Below the pieces are notes generated by a model. That model was not told where the DNA came from and did no database searches. It saw only the letters and a list, made by a program, of their open reading frames with translations. A stretch of 64,000 nucleotides of DNA, from positions 105,834,001-105,898,000 of the forward strand of contig NC_092346.1 in NCBI RefSeq assembly GCF_963676685.1, given 5' to 3'. A program made the position numbers and the translations under genes. This DNA is from Mytilus edulis. Lineage: Eukaryota. Below are positions 36,401 through 49,637 of the stretch, piece after piece; position 1 is the first letter of the stretch, and every line of letters starts with the position of its first letter.

Positions 36401-39400
36401 GTAAACGTTATTTAACCTGTGTAATGCCGATATCAGTCAATATAAGTAAACGTTATTTAACCTGTGTAATGCCGATATCAGTCAATATAAGTAAACGTTT
36501 GACCGTTTAACCTGTGTAATGCCGAAATCAGTCAATATAAGTAAACGTTATTTAACCTGTGTAATGCCGATATCAGTCAATATAAGTAAACGTGATTTAA
36601 CCTGTGTAATGCCGATATCAGTCAATATAAGTAAACGTTTGACCGTTTAACCTGTGTAATGCCGATATCAGTCAATATAAGTAAACGTTATTTAACCTGT
36701 ATAATGCCGATATCAGTCAATATAAGAAAACGTTATTTAAGCTGTGTAATGCCGATATCAGTCAATATAAGTAAACGTTATTTAACCTGTGTAATGCCGA
36801 TATCAGTCAATATAAGTAAACGTTATTTAACCTGTATAATGCCGATATCAGTCAATATAAGTAAACGTTATTTAAGCTGTGTAATGTCGATATCAGTCAA
36901 TATAAGTAAACGTTATTTAAGCTGTATAATGCCGATATCAGTCAATATAAGTAAACGTTATTTAAGCTGTGTAATGCCGATATCAGTCAATATAAGTAAA
37001 CGTTATTTAACCTGTGTAATGCCGATATCAGTCAATATAAGTAAACGTTATTTAAGCTGTGTAATGCCGATATCAGTCAATATAAGTAAACGTTATTTAA
37101 CCTGTGTAATGCCGATATCAGTCAATATAAGTAAACGTTATTTAAGCTTTTTCGAGATATAATTGTAATTATTCAACTCACTGTTTGTAAATGTTTGACT
37201 GATAAGATCTCTTGTGACTCCAGTTGGAACATAATGAACGGCTTTAGGCTATAGAAAGGTGTAAAGAAAGATGTATATAATGAACGGCTTTAGGCTATAG
37301 AAAGGTGTAAAGAAAGATGCATTCATGTTATTCATTAGTCTTAATGTCAACAAATGTATAGAAAAACTTTTTATTCTGATTCTTCACATTCTCAATTACG
37401 CTTTCTTTATAAAATACAAAGTTATTTAACAGTGTAATTGTTATGATTGTATGTATAATGTGTATTTTAAATTATTAAAGACATAAAAAAGTAAAAGTGT
37501 TTGCTTCGGTATACTAATACATGGTATGCGTATGAGCATATATGTTAAATTTAAAAATAACTGTTACACTTGATTTAAATATTATAATGAAGAAGAAGAT
37601 AAATTGACTACAATTTCCCTACAATTATTTGCAATTTTTACTTTTTATTATTATTATTTTTTTAAGATCAACTTTTCTGCACATCTGTATTTTTTTTAAA
37701 ACAGTGCATTGAAACCGGTTTTACGACTTCAAATTCTAAATTATAATTAATATTACCTGCTGTACAGGTGCATCAAAATTCAAAATACCACCTGAAATTA
37801 AATAAACACACCGTATTAACACATTTTGCAGCAACAGTTAACAATCTTTCGCATCGTTTGCGATAATTCTTTTTCTATGCGAAAAACTAACCAACCGATA
37901 AAAAGCATTATTAGTTCACGACTATATCGATAAATGGATCGCAAATGCTATGCAATTATACGTTTTCAAAGAATTCGTGAATACATTAATATCAAATAGT
38001 GTATGTACTAAATATATTTTGAAAATAGATACAATTTGAAAGTACTGTTTATGATTGTATTATAGCATATATAAAAAAAAATATAAGATGTGTGACGCAG
38101 TTACCTTGAATATCTTCCATTCTGTTATTTGTTCTCAGATGTCTCCCTCCTAATTCTGTTCAAAAAAAAATATTTGTACATTTAAAACTATGACGCTAAT
38201 AAATAATATACATTGAATATCATATTACTGCAAGTGTTTTTAAATTCACAAAACAGTTGATAGGAAAATAGAAATAGATAATGGTATGGCATATCTGTGT
38301 CTTACTTGTTTTTTCCATTCATTCTGATGATTTATTTTATCAGTTTTATGGATTTTTCCATCTGTTTTATAATTTACATAGGAGTTAGGTACTTTTGTTA
38401 TTTCCTTTTTTACAAAATAAACATTGATTTATCACCAATACAGAAAAGACATAGATTTGTCTCTGTACTAGGCATTGTCATGACTAAAACGTCCCAAGAA
38501 CAGTACATATTACCATTCCTAGACAACTGGTCTCATTAAATAATGGCAGGTATTATTTTCAATCATTCGCCTTTTAGATGGTTCATTTGGTCCAATCATT
38601 CAGCCATGAAGAGAGACGAAAGATACCAGAGGGACAGTCAAACAAAATATAATATAGAATTAATATTAATATTTATGTTCAACCGATTAGTGGTAGGGTT
38701 ATCTTTTTTCAATATTTTACTCGGTAAATGAAAGATGTAAAAAAGAAGAAGTGGTATGATTGCCAATGAGACAATTATCCACAAGAGACCAAATGACACA
38801 GAAATTAACAACTATAGGACACCGCACAGCCTTCAAAAACGAGCAAAGTCATACCGCATAGTCGGCTATAAAAGGCTTCGAAGTGAACCATGTAAAATAA
38901 TTCAAACGGCAAACTACCGGCATTATTTATGTACAAAAAAATGAACGAAAAACAAATATGTAACACAACAAACGACAACCACTGAATTACAGGCTCCTGA
39001 CTTGGGACACGCACATAATAGAGAATGTGGCGGAGTTTAACATGTTAGCAGGATCTCAACCCTCCTATAACCTAGGACATTTTCGTCATTTTTTCTTATT
39101 TGGTAAAATACGCTGTCTGTTTTTCTACTAGTGACATTGTTTTACCTCTTGGTATCATCTTTTATCTTTTATAACGTGAGAAAACAGTAAGACAAAAAAA
39201 ATACAGAACTCCGGGGGGAATTCAAAACTGAAACAACTCGCTGTCACCTCACAACTTTACTATCAGTAATGTTTCATAAGCATTGTACAGTAATGGACCT
39301 ACCTGCACCATGTAGACTTTGGTTACTTGACATTGTATCGTCACTTGCTTCCTTTAGAAGTATATTATCACTCTGTCAAAATCAAAACATACGTAAACAC

Positions 39401-39891
39401 AAAATATATTCGATTGACTGTCATCATTATATATCATGACTTTTTCTCCAGAAAGATAATAAATTAAGAATAGTTACAATGATAATAAAAAGTAAATACT
39501 ACAAAATTAGCTGGCTGGTCGTTTTCTTAAGACTGTTAAATATGTTGAACGGCACTTGTACATGTGATGAATTCTACAAGTATTGAAATAAAAATATAAA
39601 TAGTACATATTTATGAAATGTAATTTGTGAACAAAAAATCTACAATTTGCTTTTTAAAGTTACCTTGATTGTATTTTCCGCTGCTCTAGTAGAATTTATT
39701 TCAGGACTTCTATGCGACAAGGTTAGCAACTCTCTCCTTATCTGTTCAATCTTATTTACAGATAACCACATTAATATAACACAACTAATTGAACAAACGG
39801 ATGAGAAAACACATATAATTAATATTTTAGCGTTAGAACAGACAGACTTTCTGTCCCTTTTCATTGCCTTTTGAATTTCTACGTCGTCCAT
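30443..39891 (-). CDS. TNF-superfamily ligand (EF-disulfide/Eiger-EDA-like THD), ~305 aa, 8 coding exons
   Basis: Exons: 39891-39664 (TM ILIICVFSSVCSISCVILMWL), 39372-39303, 38155-38105 (RHLR), 37791-37757, 37248-37182 (PKAVHY), 33568-33506 (CVNKWHGLMCRNNT), 31685-31543 (W...GIFTVETGGLYLMYLN), 30703-30443 (LVC...KTCS...TNFGAVLLA, TAA). Phases consistent; 918 nt. Most exons are absent from the ORF track. Confidence 0.87.
30908..31272 (+). mobile_element. Short 3' fragment of the same Penelope-like family
   Basis: LNQEF...LKSSLRKFYG and 3' UTR match 32625-33057. Confidence 0.75.
31884..33057 (+). mobile_element. Degenerate 5'-truncated Penelope-like RT element in a TNF gene intron
   Basis: FDFSTL, GIPMGTNCAPL, RYIED (mutated YIDD), YDKRDDFNFSIVNFPFLSSNI and YISQL motifs, with stops and frameshifts, followed by the family 3' UTR. 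Confidence 0.85.
34334..37147. repeat. 50/45-bp intronic minisatellite, ~2.8 kb
   Basis: Unit GTTTGACCGTTTAACCTGTGTAATGYCGATATCAGTCAATATAAGTAAAC; a 45-bp variant appears after ~36025. Confidence 0.95.
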
Positions 39892-40417
39892 CGCCCAAAC
39901 GACTTAAGTCATCAGCTGCTGTCGGACTACAGTATTGCGTGCATTGAAACAAAAATATTGATATTTCAGATTTACTTTTATTTATGTAAATAAGATATAG
40001 TATGATATTTATTTAATCTACTGATGTATGTATGTCACTTATTATCTAATCTTAAAGATACATTTACCACGAACACTGCGTAATTTCTATCTAATTGTTA
40101 TAATGTTACAGGAAACATCATGATAATTATTTGATTTGCTTTGGATATGACAAATCCCTTTCACTCAAAAGGTCAATGGACATTTTAACAATGTCTTACT
40201 TTGCCAAACAATATGGATACAATTATTTCATTTTGAGAAGACATCAAACATCTGTTATCCTATGTTTTACGTAATAGTTGACACAAAATACTTCAATGGC
40301 AGATTGTCAAAAAATATTGTTTATCTAATTTAATGTTTATTTGTTTATTTTTATTTCAAAATAATAGATCGCTTTTTTAATCACCATTTTAAGTACATTT
40401 TGTATACTAAATTAAGT

Positions 40418-40727
40418 AAAAGAGGGACGAAAGATACCCAAGGGACAGTCAAACTCATAAATCTAAAACAAACTGACAACGCCATGGCTAAAAATTAAAA
40501 AGACAAACAGAAAAACAATAGTACACATGACACAACATAGAAAACTAAAGAATAAACAACACGAAACCCACCAAAAACTAGGGGTGATCTCAGGTGCTCC
40601 GGAAGGGAAACAGATCCTGCTCCACATGTGGCACCCGTCGTGTTGCTTGTGTGATTACAAATCCGGTAAATAGTCTAATTCGGTAGGTCACATTCATGAA
40701 AGGGAAGGGGATTGTAGTTACGACGTA
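40418..40727 (-). mobile_element. 3' UTR fragment of the same Penelope-like family
   Basis: Reverse complement of ~32750-33057. Weaker copies occur at ~28370-28640, ~45860-46050 and ~8940-9500. Confidence 0.75.
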
Positions 40728-43040
40728 AGGTAAGTAAAATACATCTGGACAAGTTCATTATTTTCTTGTTCAGATATAAAGTAGATGTCATGTAACTCAA
40801 AACCATACATTTCAGCTTGGATATCGAATATCTCTGTGAGCTTGATTTAAAGGATATTATCGACATTGAGTATTGTGACCTACCAAGATCTCTGTTCTGA
40901 AATTAACTCAGTTGTATAATTCAAACTGAGACCTAGGACAACAATGCAGATTTCATCTGTTTTCTCAGTAGTAGCTCATCAACCATCCTTTCATATTTTA
41001 TTCCCTATCTCAGTTGATAAGTTATGGGTGGCAGCATCCACATCATATGAAATTATTTAACAGGGACATTCTAATATTATTTAAGCAGGATTATGAAAAG
41101 AATGCCACAAAACCAGGTTCAACCCACCATTTTTTCCTTTAAAAATGTCCTGTACCAAGTCAGGAATATGGTCATTGTTATATGATTGTTAGTTTCTGTG
41201 TGTTGTTTTTTCTCTCTTGGTTGGCATATACTAAATGGATTAATAAGCTTTGACCATTGGTAAATTACTGTTGTCTCTTAAAGATATCTGTATGTTTTGA
41301 TGTTTTCTCTGCAGAAAAAGTTGCCATATTGTGTAGAAAAGCTAATGTTCATTTTAATTATATAGTTTGATATATAAATATTAAATATAAATTTCACTTT
41401 GAGATCAGCTATATTGACAATCGAGTGTTACATGCTTATTTCAGAAAAACCTTTCATCCATGTTGTTTACTGTTTGTTTTGAATCAAGTCAAAAAATTCT
41501 TTTGAATATCTAAAAAAATTTCAGATTAAATTGATACCTGTACCAATTGCAAGTCAGGAATATGAAAATTGTTTTTCATTTGTTTGATGTACTTGAGTTT
41601 TTGATTCTGCCATTCGATAAAGGACTTTCTCTTTTGAATTTTCCTTAAAGTTCAGTATTTTTGCTATCTTTACTTTTTATTGTAGTATGCAAACCTTAAA
41701 CATTTTAGGGCAGGACCATGTAACTTCATGCTTTGTACAATACAGATATGCAGGGCCGGATTTTTACATGTGAACAAATCATTTAGCCATCTAGTCTATG
41801 TATTGTATAATGAGGAAAATACTGATTTTTGAAGTCTTTAGTTAGACAAGAAATCAGATCAATTCTGCTCCTCTAAATACAACACATTATCACAAAGCTA
41901 GAAGTGAACAAACCTCTAATGCTGCTGCTCTAAATACACGCACATTATCACAAAGCTAGAAGTGAACAAACCTCTAATGCTAACAGTAAATTATAAGTTT
42001 TTTTCTTTCTAAAATTGCATTTAATACTTATAATTTCTATACAAAAACAATCTATAATTTAAATCACAGTGTTAATTTTGATAGCAGCTCATACATACAT
42101 TGGTAAATGCTTTCAAATAACAATATAAAAATGACTTCACCATAAGGTGGACCTCCACAATTGTGGTCACCATAAATGCAAGGTAAAATAGATATACAAA
42201 CAATATGAAAATGTCAATATAAACAAGTTTCAGAATCTCATGTAATGCTTAAAGTAATTACATTGTTTCTTTAATTAGCAATAAGTTATGTATATATACA
42301 CATCTAAGACACATTTAAACAAGTTCCAGGTTTCCATCATTATATCACAATTTTTGCTATATAAATAAACTGTTACATTACTTCTATGGGTGGTTCAAGG
42401 AAGGAATTTACTATTTTTAGCCCTAATTAATTACATATTATTATTAGTGTTCATAATGCACATGAGAATAATTAGCTTAAAAATTAATTGTCTATTACTA
42501 AAGAATACTCTTTCACAACATTTACAAGATATGACATACCATATCCAATCTTCCATCAATAGGTTTACAGTTTTTATATGAAATCCTGAATAATATAACT
42601 GTATTGTATCTTATTTCTTTCTCTGTCCACATCTTCAAACATCATAATAACTTTTCACATCAAAACAAGTGTAAACAATTTGTGTCAAAGCTTTCTTTCA
42701 TAAATATGAAATTTAATTAGATAAACAACTTACAGGATTTGCCATCACAAGACATTAATATGGTAAAAAGAAAGAGCATAATAAAGTTGCAAACATATGT
42801 TAATTAAGGATGAATGTTACTCTGTTTTATCAAGCTTTAGAAAAGGATATAATAAATTGATAGAATATAAATAACAGAGAAGGCATATAAAAAGTCCTTG
42901 TCTTTCAGATGAAAGACATTGAAAATTTGGATCAAAATGAATCACTCTTGATCTTTATACACTTAACATTTGTATCTTTTTCTTTCAAAAACTATGAAAA
43001 ATAACAAGTATTTTATAACATTTGAAAAATAGCTTTTTAA

Positions 43041-43218
43041 ACTGTATGTATAAGAATTATGACAAGAAAGGTAGGGGTTAGATGGTAAAATGTTTAATGA
43101 ACTGTATGTATAAGAATTATGACAAGAAAGGTAGGGGTTAGATGGTAAAATGTTTAATATACTGTATGTATAAGAATTATGGCAAGAAAGGTAGGGGTTA
43201 GATGGTAAAATGTTTAAT
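43041..43218. repeat. 60-bp tandem repeat, 3 copies
   Basis: Unit ACTGTATGTATAAGAATTATGACAAGAAAGGTAGGGGTTAGATGGTAAAATGTTTAAT. Confidence 0.9.
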
Positions 43219-43944
43219 GGCACGACATGGATAAAACCAAAGAAATCCAAAATATTTCACAAAAAGTCAAAAACAAGAGCAGCTTTAAAATGAGAGCTCA
43301 TGGTAATAAATATTTAGCAAATTGAATGAAAATCAATTAAAATTTTACATCTCACAAAAATAGACTAGGAAACTCCTAAAATAGACTAGGAAACTCCTAA
43401 AATCCTCAAATTATCTGTAGCTTCCAAACAACAGTTTAAATATGGCAGTCATGATAATTTAAAACATCATGATGTAAATAATCTACAACTAATCTGATTT
43501 CTGATTTGCTTTGCCTCCAGACAGTCTTTTTAAAGAGTTGTTGGGCTGTGGCACACCAAAGTGCAGTCCTTATTGAAAACATGTTAATTGCCAACCAGAC
43601 TTGGTGGTGTGTATGTGTATAAAAGATACAAATTAATAAGAAATTGGTTAATGCACAAATTATTTACATGAAATTGGATATTTTACCATTTCAAGATGGA
43701 AACTTGGTTTCATACATTTAGGGTAGAAATTGTCATCATGATTTCTATATGGACTACACCATTAGGATGACAAACAAAATGAGTTCTTAAAAGGCTGTCA
43801 GAGGAATCTTGTATTCATCTTTAAAAAGACTTATATCAGTCAAAAAGACTTATATTAGTAAAAAAGAGTATTCAAAAGACTTGTAATAGTCAACAAGACC
43901 TATAATAGTTAACATGACCTTTCCAAGTCAACAAGATCTAAACC

Positions 43945-44500
43945 TACTATAATCAACAAGATCACTGATTCTTTGGTGCTTCATGATGTATGTTAGCTAT
44001 AATCAACAATATCACTGATTCTTTGGTGCTTCATGATGTATGTTAGCTATAATCAACAATATCACTGATTCTTTGGTGCTTCATGATGTATGTTAGCTAC
44101 AACACAACAATATCACTGATTCTTTGGTGCTTCATGATGTATGTTAGCTACAACACAACAATATCACTGATTCTTTGGTGCTTCATGATGTATGTTAGCT
44201 ACAACACAACAATATCACTGATTCTTTGGTGCTTCATGATGTATGTTAGCTATAATCAACAAGATCACTGATTCTTTGGTGCTTCATGATGTATGTTAGC
44301 TACAACCCTACTATAATCAACAAGATCACTGATTCTTTGGTGCTTCATGATGTATGTTAGCTACAACCCTACTATAATCAACAAGATCACTGATTCTTTG
44401 GTGCTTCATGATGTATGTTATCACTGATTCTTTGGTGCTTCATGATGTATGTTATCACTGATTCTTTGGTGCTTCATGATGTATGTTAGCTACAACACAA
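43945..44500. repeat. ~11-copy tandem array (35-61-bp period) of the Kelch C-terminal codons and stop
   Basis: Core ATCACTGATTCTTTGGTGCTTCATGATGTATGTTA = minus-strand N-I-H-H-E-A-P-K-N-Q-TGA. Confidence 0.9.
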
Positions 44501-47500
44501 CCAAATGTACTCATAACTGTAGGTAATTCTTGTCCTTCTGCCCACGTCTGTCGTCCTTTCTCTTCTTTTAACCAACAGAGTCCTGCCATCCAACTTTTAT
44601 CATCTTCTCCACCAACAATCAATATGGTGTTTCCATATTTTACAATTCCTTAAACAAAACATAATTTGTTGTGCATTTATTTAATAGTGTAAATGTGTTT
44701 ATATAGATAGGTAACAACAATATCAAAATCAAACATTGTGATTTAGGAAACATATAATGGATAAGGTAAAATAATTCTCAACACAATTTTTTCTTGGTGG
44801 GTGGGGGGGGGGGGGGTGGGGGGTTATGTGCCAAAATGAAGTTTGTAAATGTTTACCTTCATTAGTAAAAATAAACTATGCAATAAAGTACAATTTAAAT
44901 TATCATAAAAGTAGTTATGAGTATTTCATATAAAGAACATAAAAAAAATGAATAGTCTAAGGGCAGATAACCCCTATAAATAATGTTTAATGTAAAATAT
45001 GTATTAAAGTTTAACCTTTAAAAAAAAATATGTGCATAATCTTTTTTAGTGAAGACTACTTTTGTGTATAAAATGAATACAGATAAGGGATTTTCTTTGT
45101 TTTATATATTTCACTGGGCAATAAAATCAGTTCATTCATAAGTATGAAAAATGTAACTTACATTTCCAGTAAGAAAATCTATTTTCACAGACATTTTGTT
45201 TGATGATTTTTAATTTTTGCTTCATGTACAAAAAAGATACTCTCAATTTTGTCAGTTTATGTTTTATATTTGGTGAGTTAACACTAACCTTTTATCTAAT
45301 TTGTTTTTAAATTACTAATTTATATTCTTAAAAGAACTGAAAGAGATTGAAGTACATGATTTTTTTATGATATTGTAAGAAACTAATTTACCAGCTCCAC
45401 ATAATGCATTTGGAAGTTCTGGTCCTGGGCTCCAGGTCTGGCTCTCTGGATCAAATATCTCTACAGAACTAACACAGTGTTCTGGTAAAAACTCTCTCTT
45501 CCATTTCTCACTTAATGCTGAATTTCCACCTAATTAAAAAAAACAAACAAACATAACCTAGTGAAGGCTTTTAATATATGATCTAACATTTTATTCTAAC
45601 CTTTCTAATACAAATTAAACTGGGAATATTTATTAAAAAAAAATGCATATAAAAAACTTTCTTTGAAAGTTGCACTGAGTGAACAGAGCTGTTTTATAAT
45701 CCAGTAAAAATATGTTGAGTTGATTTATAATAATTTATACATGCTGATTGACTGGTCAAATATAGTAAATCTTGTGTTAATTCATTAATAAAGGTGTGCC
45801 CTTAATATTTAATTCCATGACACACATCCATAAAGAGAGATATATTACTGTTATAAATTATAACACAACATGTGCCACATGTGGAGCAGGATCTGCTTAT
45901 CCTTCTATAGCACCTGGAATAACCATAGTTTTTGATGAGGTTTGTATTGCCCATTCTTTAGGTGTCTATATTTTGTTTTTTTTGTTTTTGCCCTGGCTTT
46001 GTCAGATTGTTTTTGACTTATGAGTTTGTCTCATTAGTATCTTTCGTCTCATAAGTTATGATCATTGTGCAAAGGTTTGTTATTTTAACATGTTTAAATG
46101 AACAAATGATTACATAATATTTATAATAGAATCTTAAAATATATCCTTCAAAAAGTAACCATGTAAAGTAGGACAAGCTAATATTTCAATTTCTGCAAAA
46201 ATGAGTCTTTTTTAAGTCTTTTGTAGACAAAATGTGTGCCTGACGTACACAATTTAAATCCTGGTATCTACGATGAGTTTAATTAGCAATAGAATGGATT
46301 TAACAAAAGATTATTTGATGAAGGAGGTTTCCCAGTCATATTACCAATAACATAGATCTTGTCTTTATACACAACACTCCCGGCTAGAACTCGAGCTATA
46401 TTCATGGGAGGCAACTCTGTCCATGTATCTTCTGTTGGATCATACCTTAAATATACATCACATGAGTATTACAAATATATGAAAGGATAACTATTCAGGC
46501 TCATATCAATACATTTATAATTAGAAGCATTTTTGTATTAAAATGACCATATGTCTGCCCCCTTCAGGGTGAATAGGTAAAACTTTTATATCTATATTTC
46601 ACTGATCAGAAAACTTGACAAATAATCACTGTAATTGCACCAGAAGAGTATGAATTTAAGGTTAGTAATCAGCTATTGATATATAAAAATTTCTCCCTTT
46701 CTTAAACTTGTTATAAACTTGATGGTTTTCTGTAACCATAGAACATAGGCCTTACAAATTCATAAACACTAAGTTACTAACATTTGTGGATGGTTTTCTG
46801 TAACATTAAGTGATCTTTGATAAAACCTAGTCCTTACCTATACACAGAGTTACTAACATCTGTGGATGGTTTTCTGTAACATTAAGTGATCTTTGATAAA
46901 ACCTAGTCCTTACCTATACACAGAGTTACTAACATCTGTGGTCGCCTCCCCTCCAAAAACATACAACCTTCCCCTGTAACTCAAGGCTGTCATAAATCTA
47001 AGAGCCTTTGGTAGAGGAGCCACCAGCATCCAGGCATTAGAGTGGGGGTCATATCTTTCAACACTACTAAGTATCTCTGTCCCATCCTGACCTCCAATAG
47101 CAAACATGTACCTGTAAATAATTGTAAATAAACATATGTGTATATGTGTATTGTCTATAAAATGTTGAAACAAGTGTCATTAGGCAGTTAGTTTTCGCAA
47201 TTGAATTGTAACATATTTTTCGTATATGGGCCTTTTTATAGCAGACTGTACAATATGTTTTTTTTCTCATTGTTGAAGGTCATATGGTTGCCTATTTTTG
47301 CTTACATCCACTTCATTTTAACTTTGGGGATAACCAGGTTCCATGAAACTAACAAGCAAAAGTTGTACACTTCAGATTTTAGTCAAATTTAAACATGTAC
47401 ATGTTATATCTTTAGCATAAATCCGGACAATGTTTTTCTCCTTTGAATTGTTTTGCATTATGTTATGCCTGGGCCTTTTACATGTTGAATGCTTTTTAGT

Positions 47501-49637
47501 GACCTATCGATGTTTACATTTTTTGCCCGAATTGGGTTAACGTTCCAACAGATACATATAGTTGTCTCATTGGAAATCATACCAAATCTTTCTTCTTATT
47601 TTGAGTCTGTCTGCCTAGGTATTCCAAGTCATCATATACATTGAAGGTCTGTCCCAACTTTACTCCACCTAATTAAGCTTACCCATCAACCACTGTGAGT
47701 GAGAACTGTGACCTACACATATTCATCTTGGCCTTAGTCTGCCAGGCACATTCTAACTGATCAAACATATAGAAGTTGTTGGATACCCCCTCTGTTGTGA
47801 TAGAACCTCTGTAGTTAATCTTCCGTATGGCACCTCCAGCTAAATAAACCTGATTCTCTCCTGTTATTGCACAACCTGAAAGTCACAACAGCAAAGCAGA
47901 ATATTATAGTGATATATACATGTAGCATGTGTGAAATAAAATATAGAAAATTTCTGACATGTTATTGTCTACTTAGGAATGTTAATACTAAATAACATAT
48001 CTATTTTGAAAGATATTATATACAGTACAGTTGTCTTTTTCTTTTTTAGCCACCGTGTTGTCAGTTTATCTCTGATCTATGAGTTTGAAGGTCCCTTTGG
48101 TATTTTTCTTCCTTTTTTATATGTTATCATAGTCATATGTCTACATCAAATTTATAAAACCAAATTGAAAGAGATGTTTCTTCAACAATTTCAAATATAC
48201 ATGTACTATATATTTCCTGTTGTATGTGATATATTTTTCCTTTTACAAAATGTACCACAAAATCATAATTTCCAAAAATATGTGTTTTTTCCAAGTCCTT
48301 TACCATGTTTACGGTAAACTCTTGAAATACTGACCATCATTCAATCAAGTACAAGTACATACCATTTTTGTCAAATTAAGGAAAATAAAATTGAGAATAA
48401 AAATGGTGAATTTTGAAATGTTGGCCAGGATCGATGGAGGCCTGAAAGTACCTTCTGAAAGGTAGTCTAACAGTTTTTGACAATGTCAAGATCCACTAAC
48501 TAGCAAAAATACATACAATGTACAACAAACATGTCATAGATTCAACAGCTAGACATACAACTTACCTGGAGTATACAAACTTTGTGGCAGTTTACATATA
48601 GAAATGACTTCTCCTGTCTTTGGCAGTAGTAACTCCATACTATTGAATTTCTTGAGAGAATCTTCAGTGTACGGATTAGCTATGATCATTACTCCCCTCT
48701 CATATAACATGCCTTGTCTTGGCATTAAGTTCAGATCCATTTCCTGTTGTCTATTTCGTAACATGTGGTAATAATGCACAATATCTAATGTCTTCCGTAA
48801 TGATTCACAGCTCCTCAATAAAGTGTTTGGATCAATTTTATCACAGAAATAGTATGAAGTAATGTTTGCAAACCTTACACAATTCATGATCTCCATTAAA
48901 TGATTTTGTCTTTTTTCCTTTTCTGTCATAACCCATTCTAAGCATGCTTCAAAAACTGTCTCTTCAACCGTAACGTTAATATCATCATCACTGACAATCT
49001 CCACAAGTTTATCGGCAGGCAGAGATAAAAATTCTTGCTGTTTACATAATACTGAAAACTGATTATTAATAATCTCTTTTGCTTTTAAAGCTAAGATCTC
49101 ACACTCATGTGCTTTGGCAAAGAAATAAACACCAATACAATTAACAACAGTGATATGATTCATCATGAATTCAGCACATCCTGTCCGTAACGATAACAAC
49201 TGGAATCGGTTAGACGCAGACAATAAATGTTGTACGGTATCTTCTGATAAACTCACTTGTCCTGTATATATATAATCTAACACTAACTCCATTGTTAACG
49301 AGTCAATCTCATGTAATGCAATCTTATCTTGGTGGCTTTCAGCCATATCTGTTGAAAACATTGCCATGAAAAAAGGACTGGATATTGCCAAGACATTTTT
49401 ATGGCAGGGAAAATCTTTCCCATCAACTGAAAGCACAACATCAACAAATTCTTTGTTACGGTATAGTTTTGAAAACCCTCTAAGGAAGTTATGGGCCCTG
49501 TCTTTGTCTAAAAATAGATTATTATTTGTTGTGACACCATCCCCTTGCTCACTGGTCTGTGAAATATTTGAGTCAATAAGACTTGAGCTCCTACTCTGCT
49601 GAGACTCTACCAATACCAAACCATTATTGTTTTCCAT
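44455..49637 (-). CDS. Kelch-like protein (BTB-BACK-Kelch, Cullin-3 adaptor family), ~631 aa, 6 coding exons
   Basis: Exons: 49637 (ATG; acceptor at 49661, so an upstream start is not excluded)-48566 (BTB 'FPCHKNVLAISSPFF', 'LDYIYTG'; BACK), 47875-47683, 47111-46914, 46445-46345, 45529-45392, 44648-44455. Kelch GG...YDP...W repeats (YLAGG, FAIGG, YVFGG, YVIGG, LIVGG). Orthologue cannot be assigned by eye. Confidence 0.92.

Noticed and set aside
36659-37162. 167-aa repetitive ORF (also 52331-52963, 44083-44271, 42963-43250)
   Set aside because: Stop-free frames of minisatellites whose unit length is a multiple of three; no gene context.
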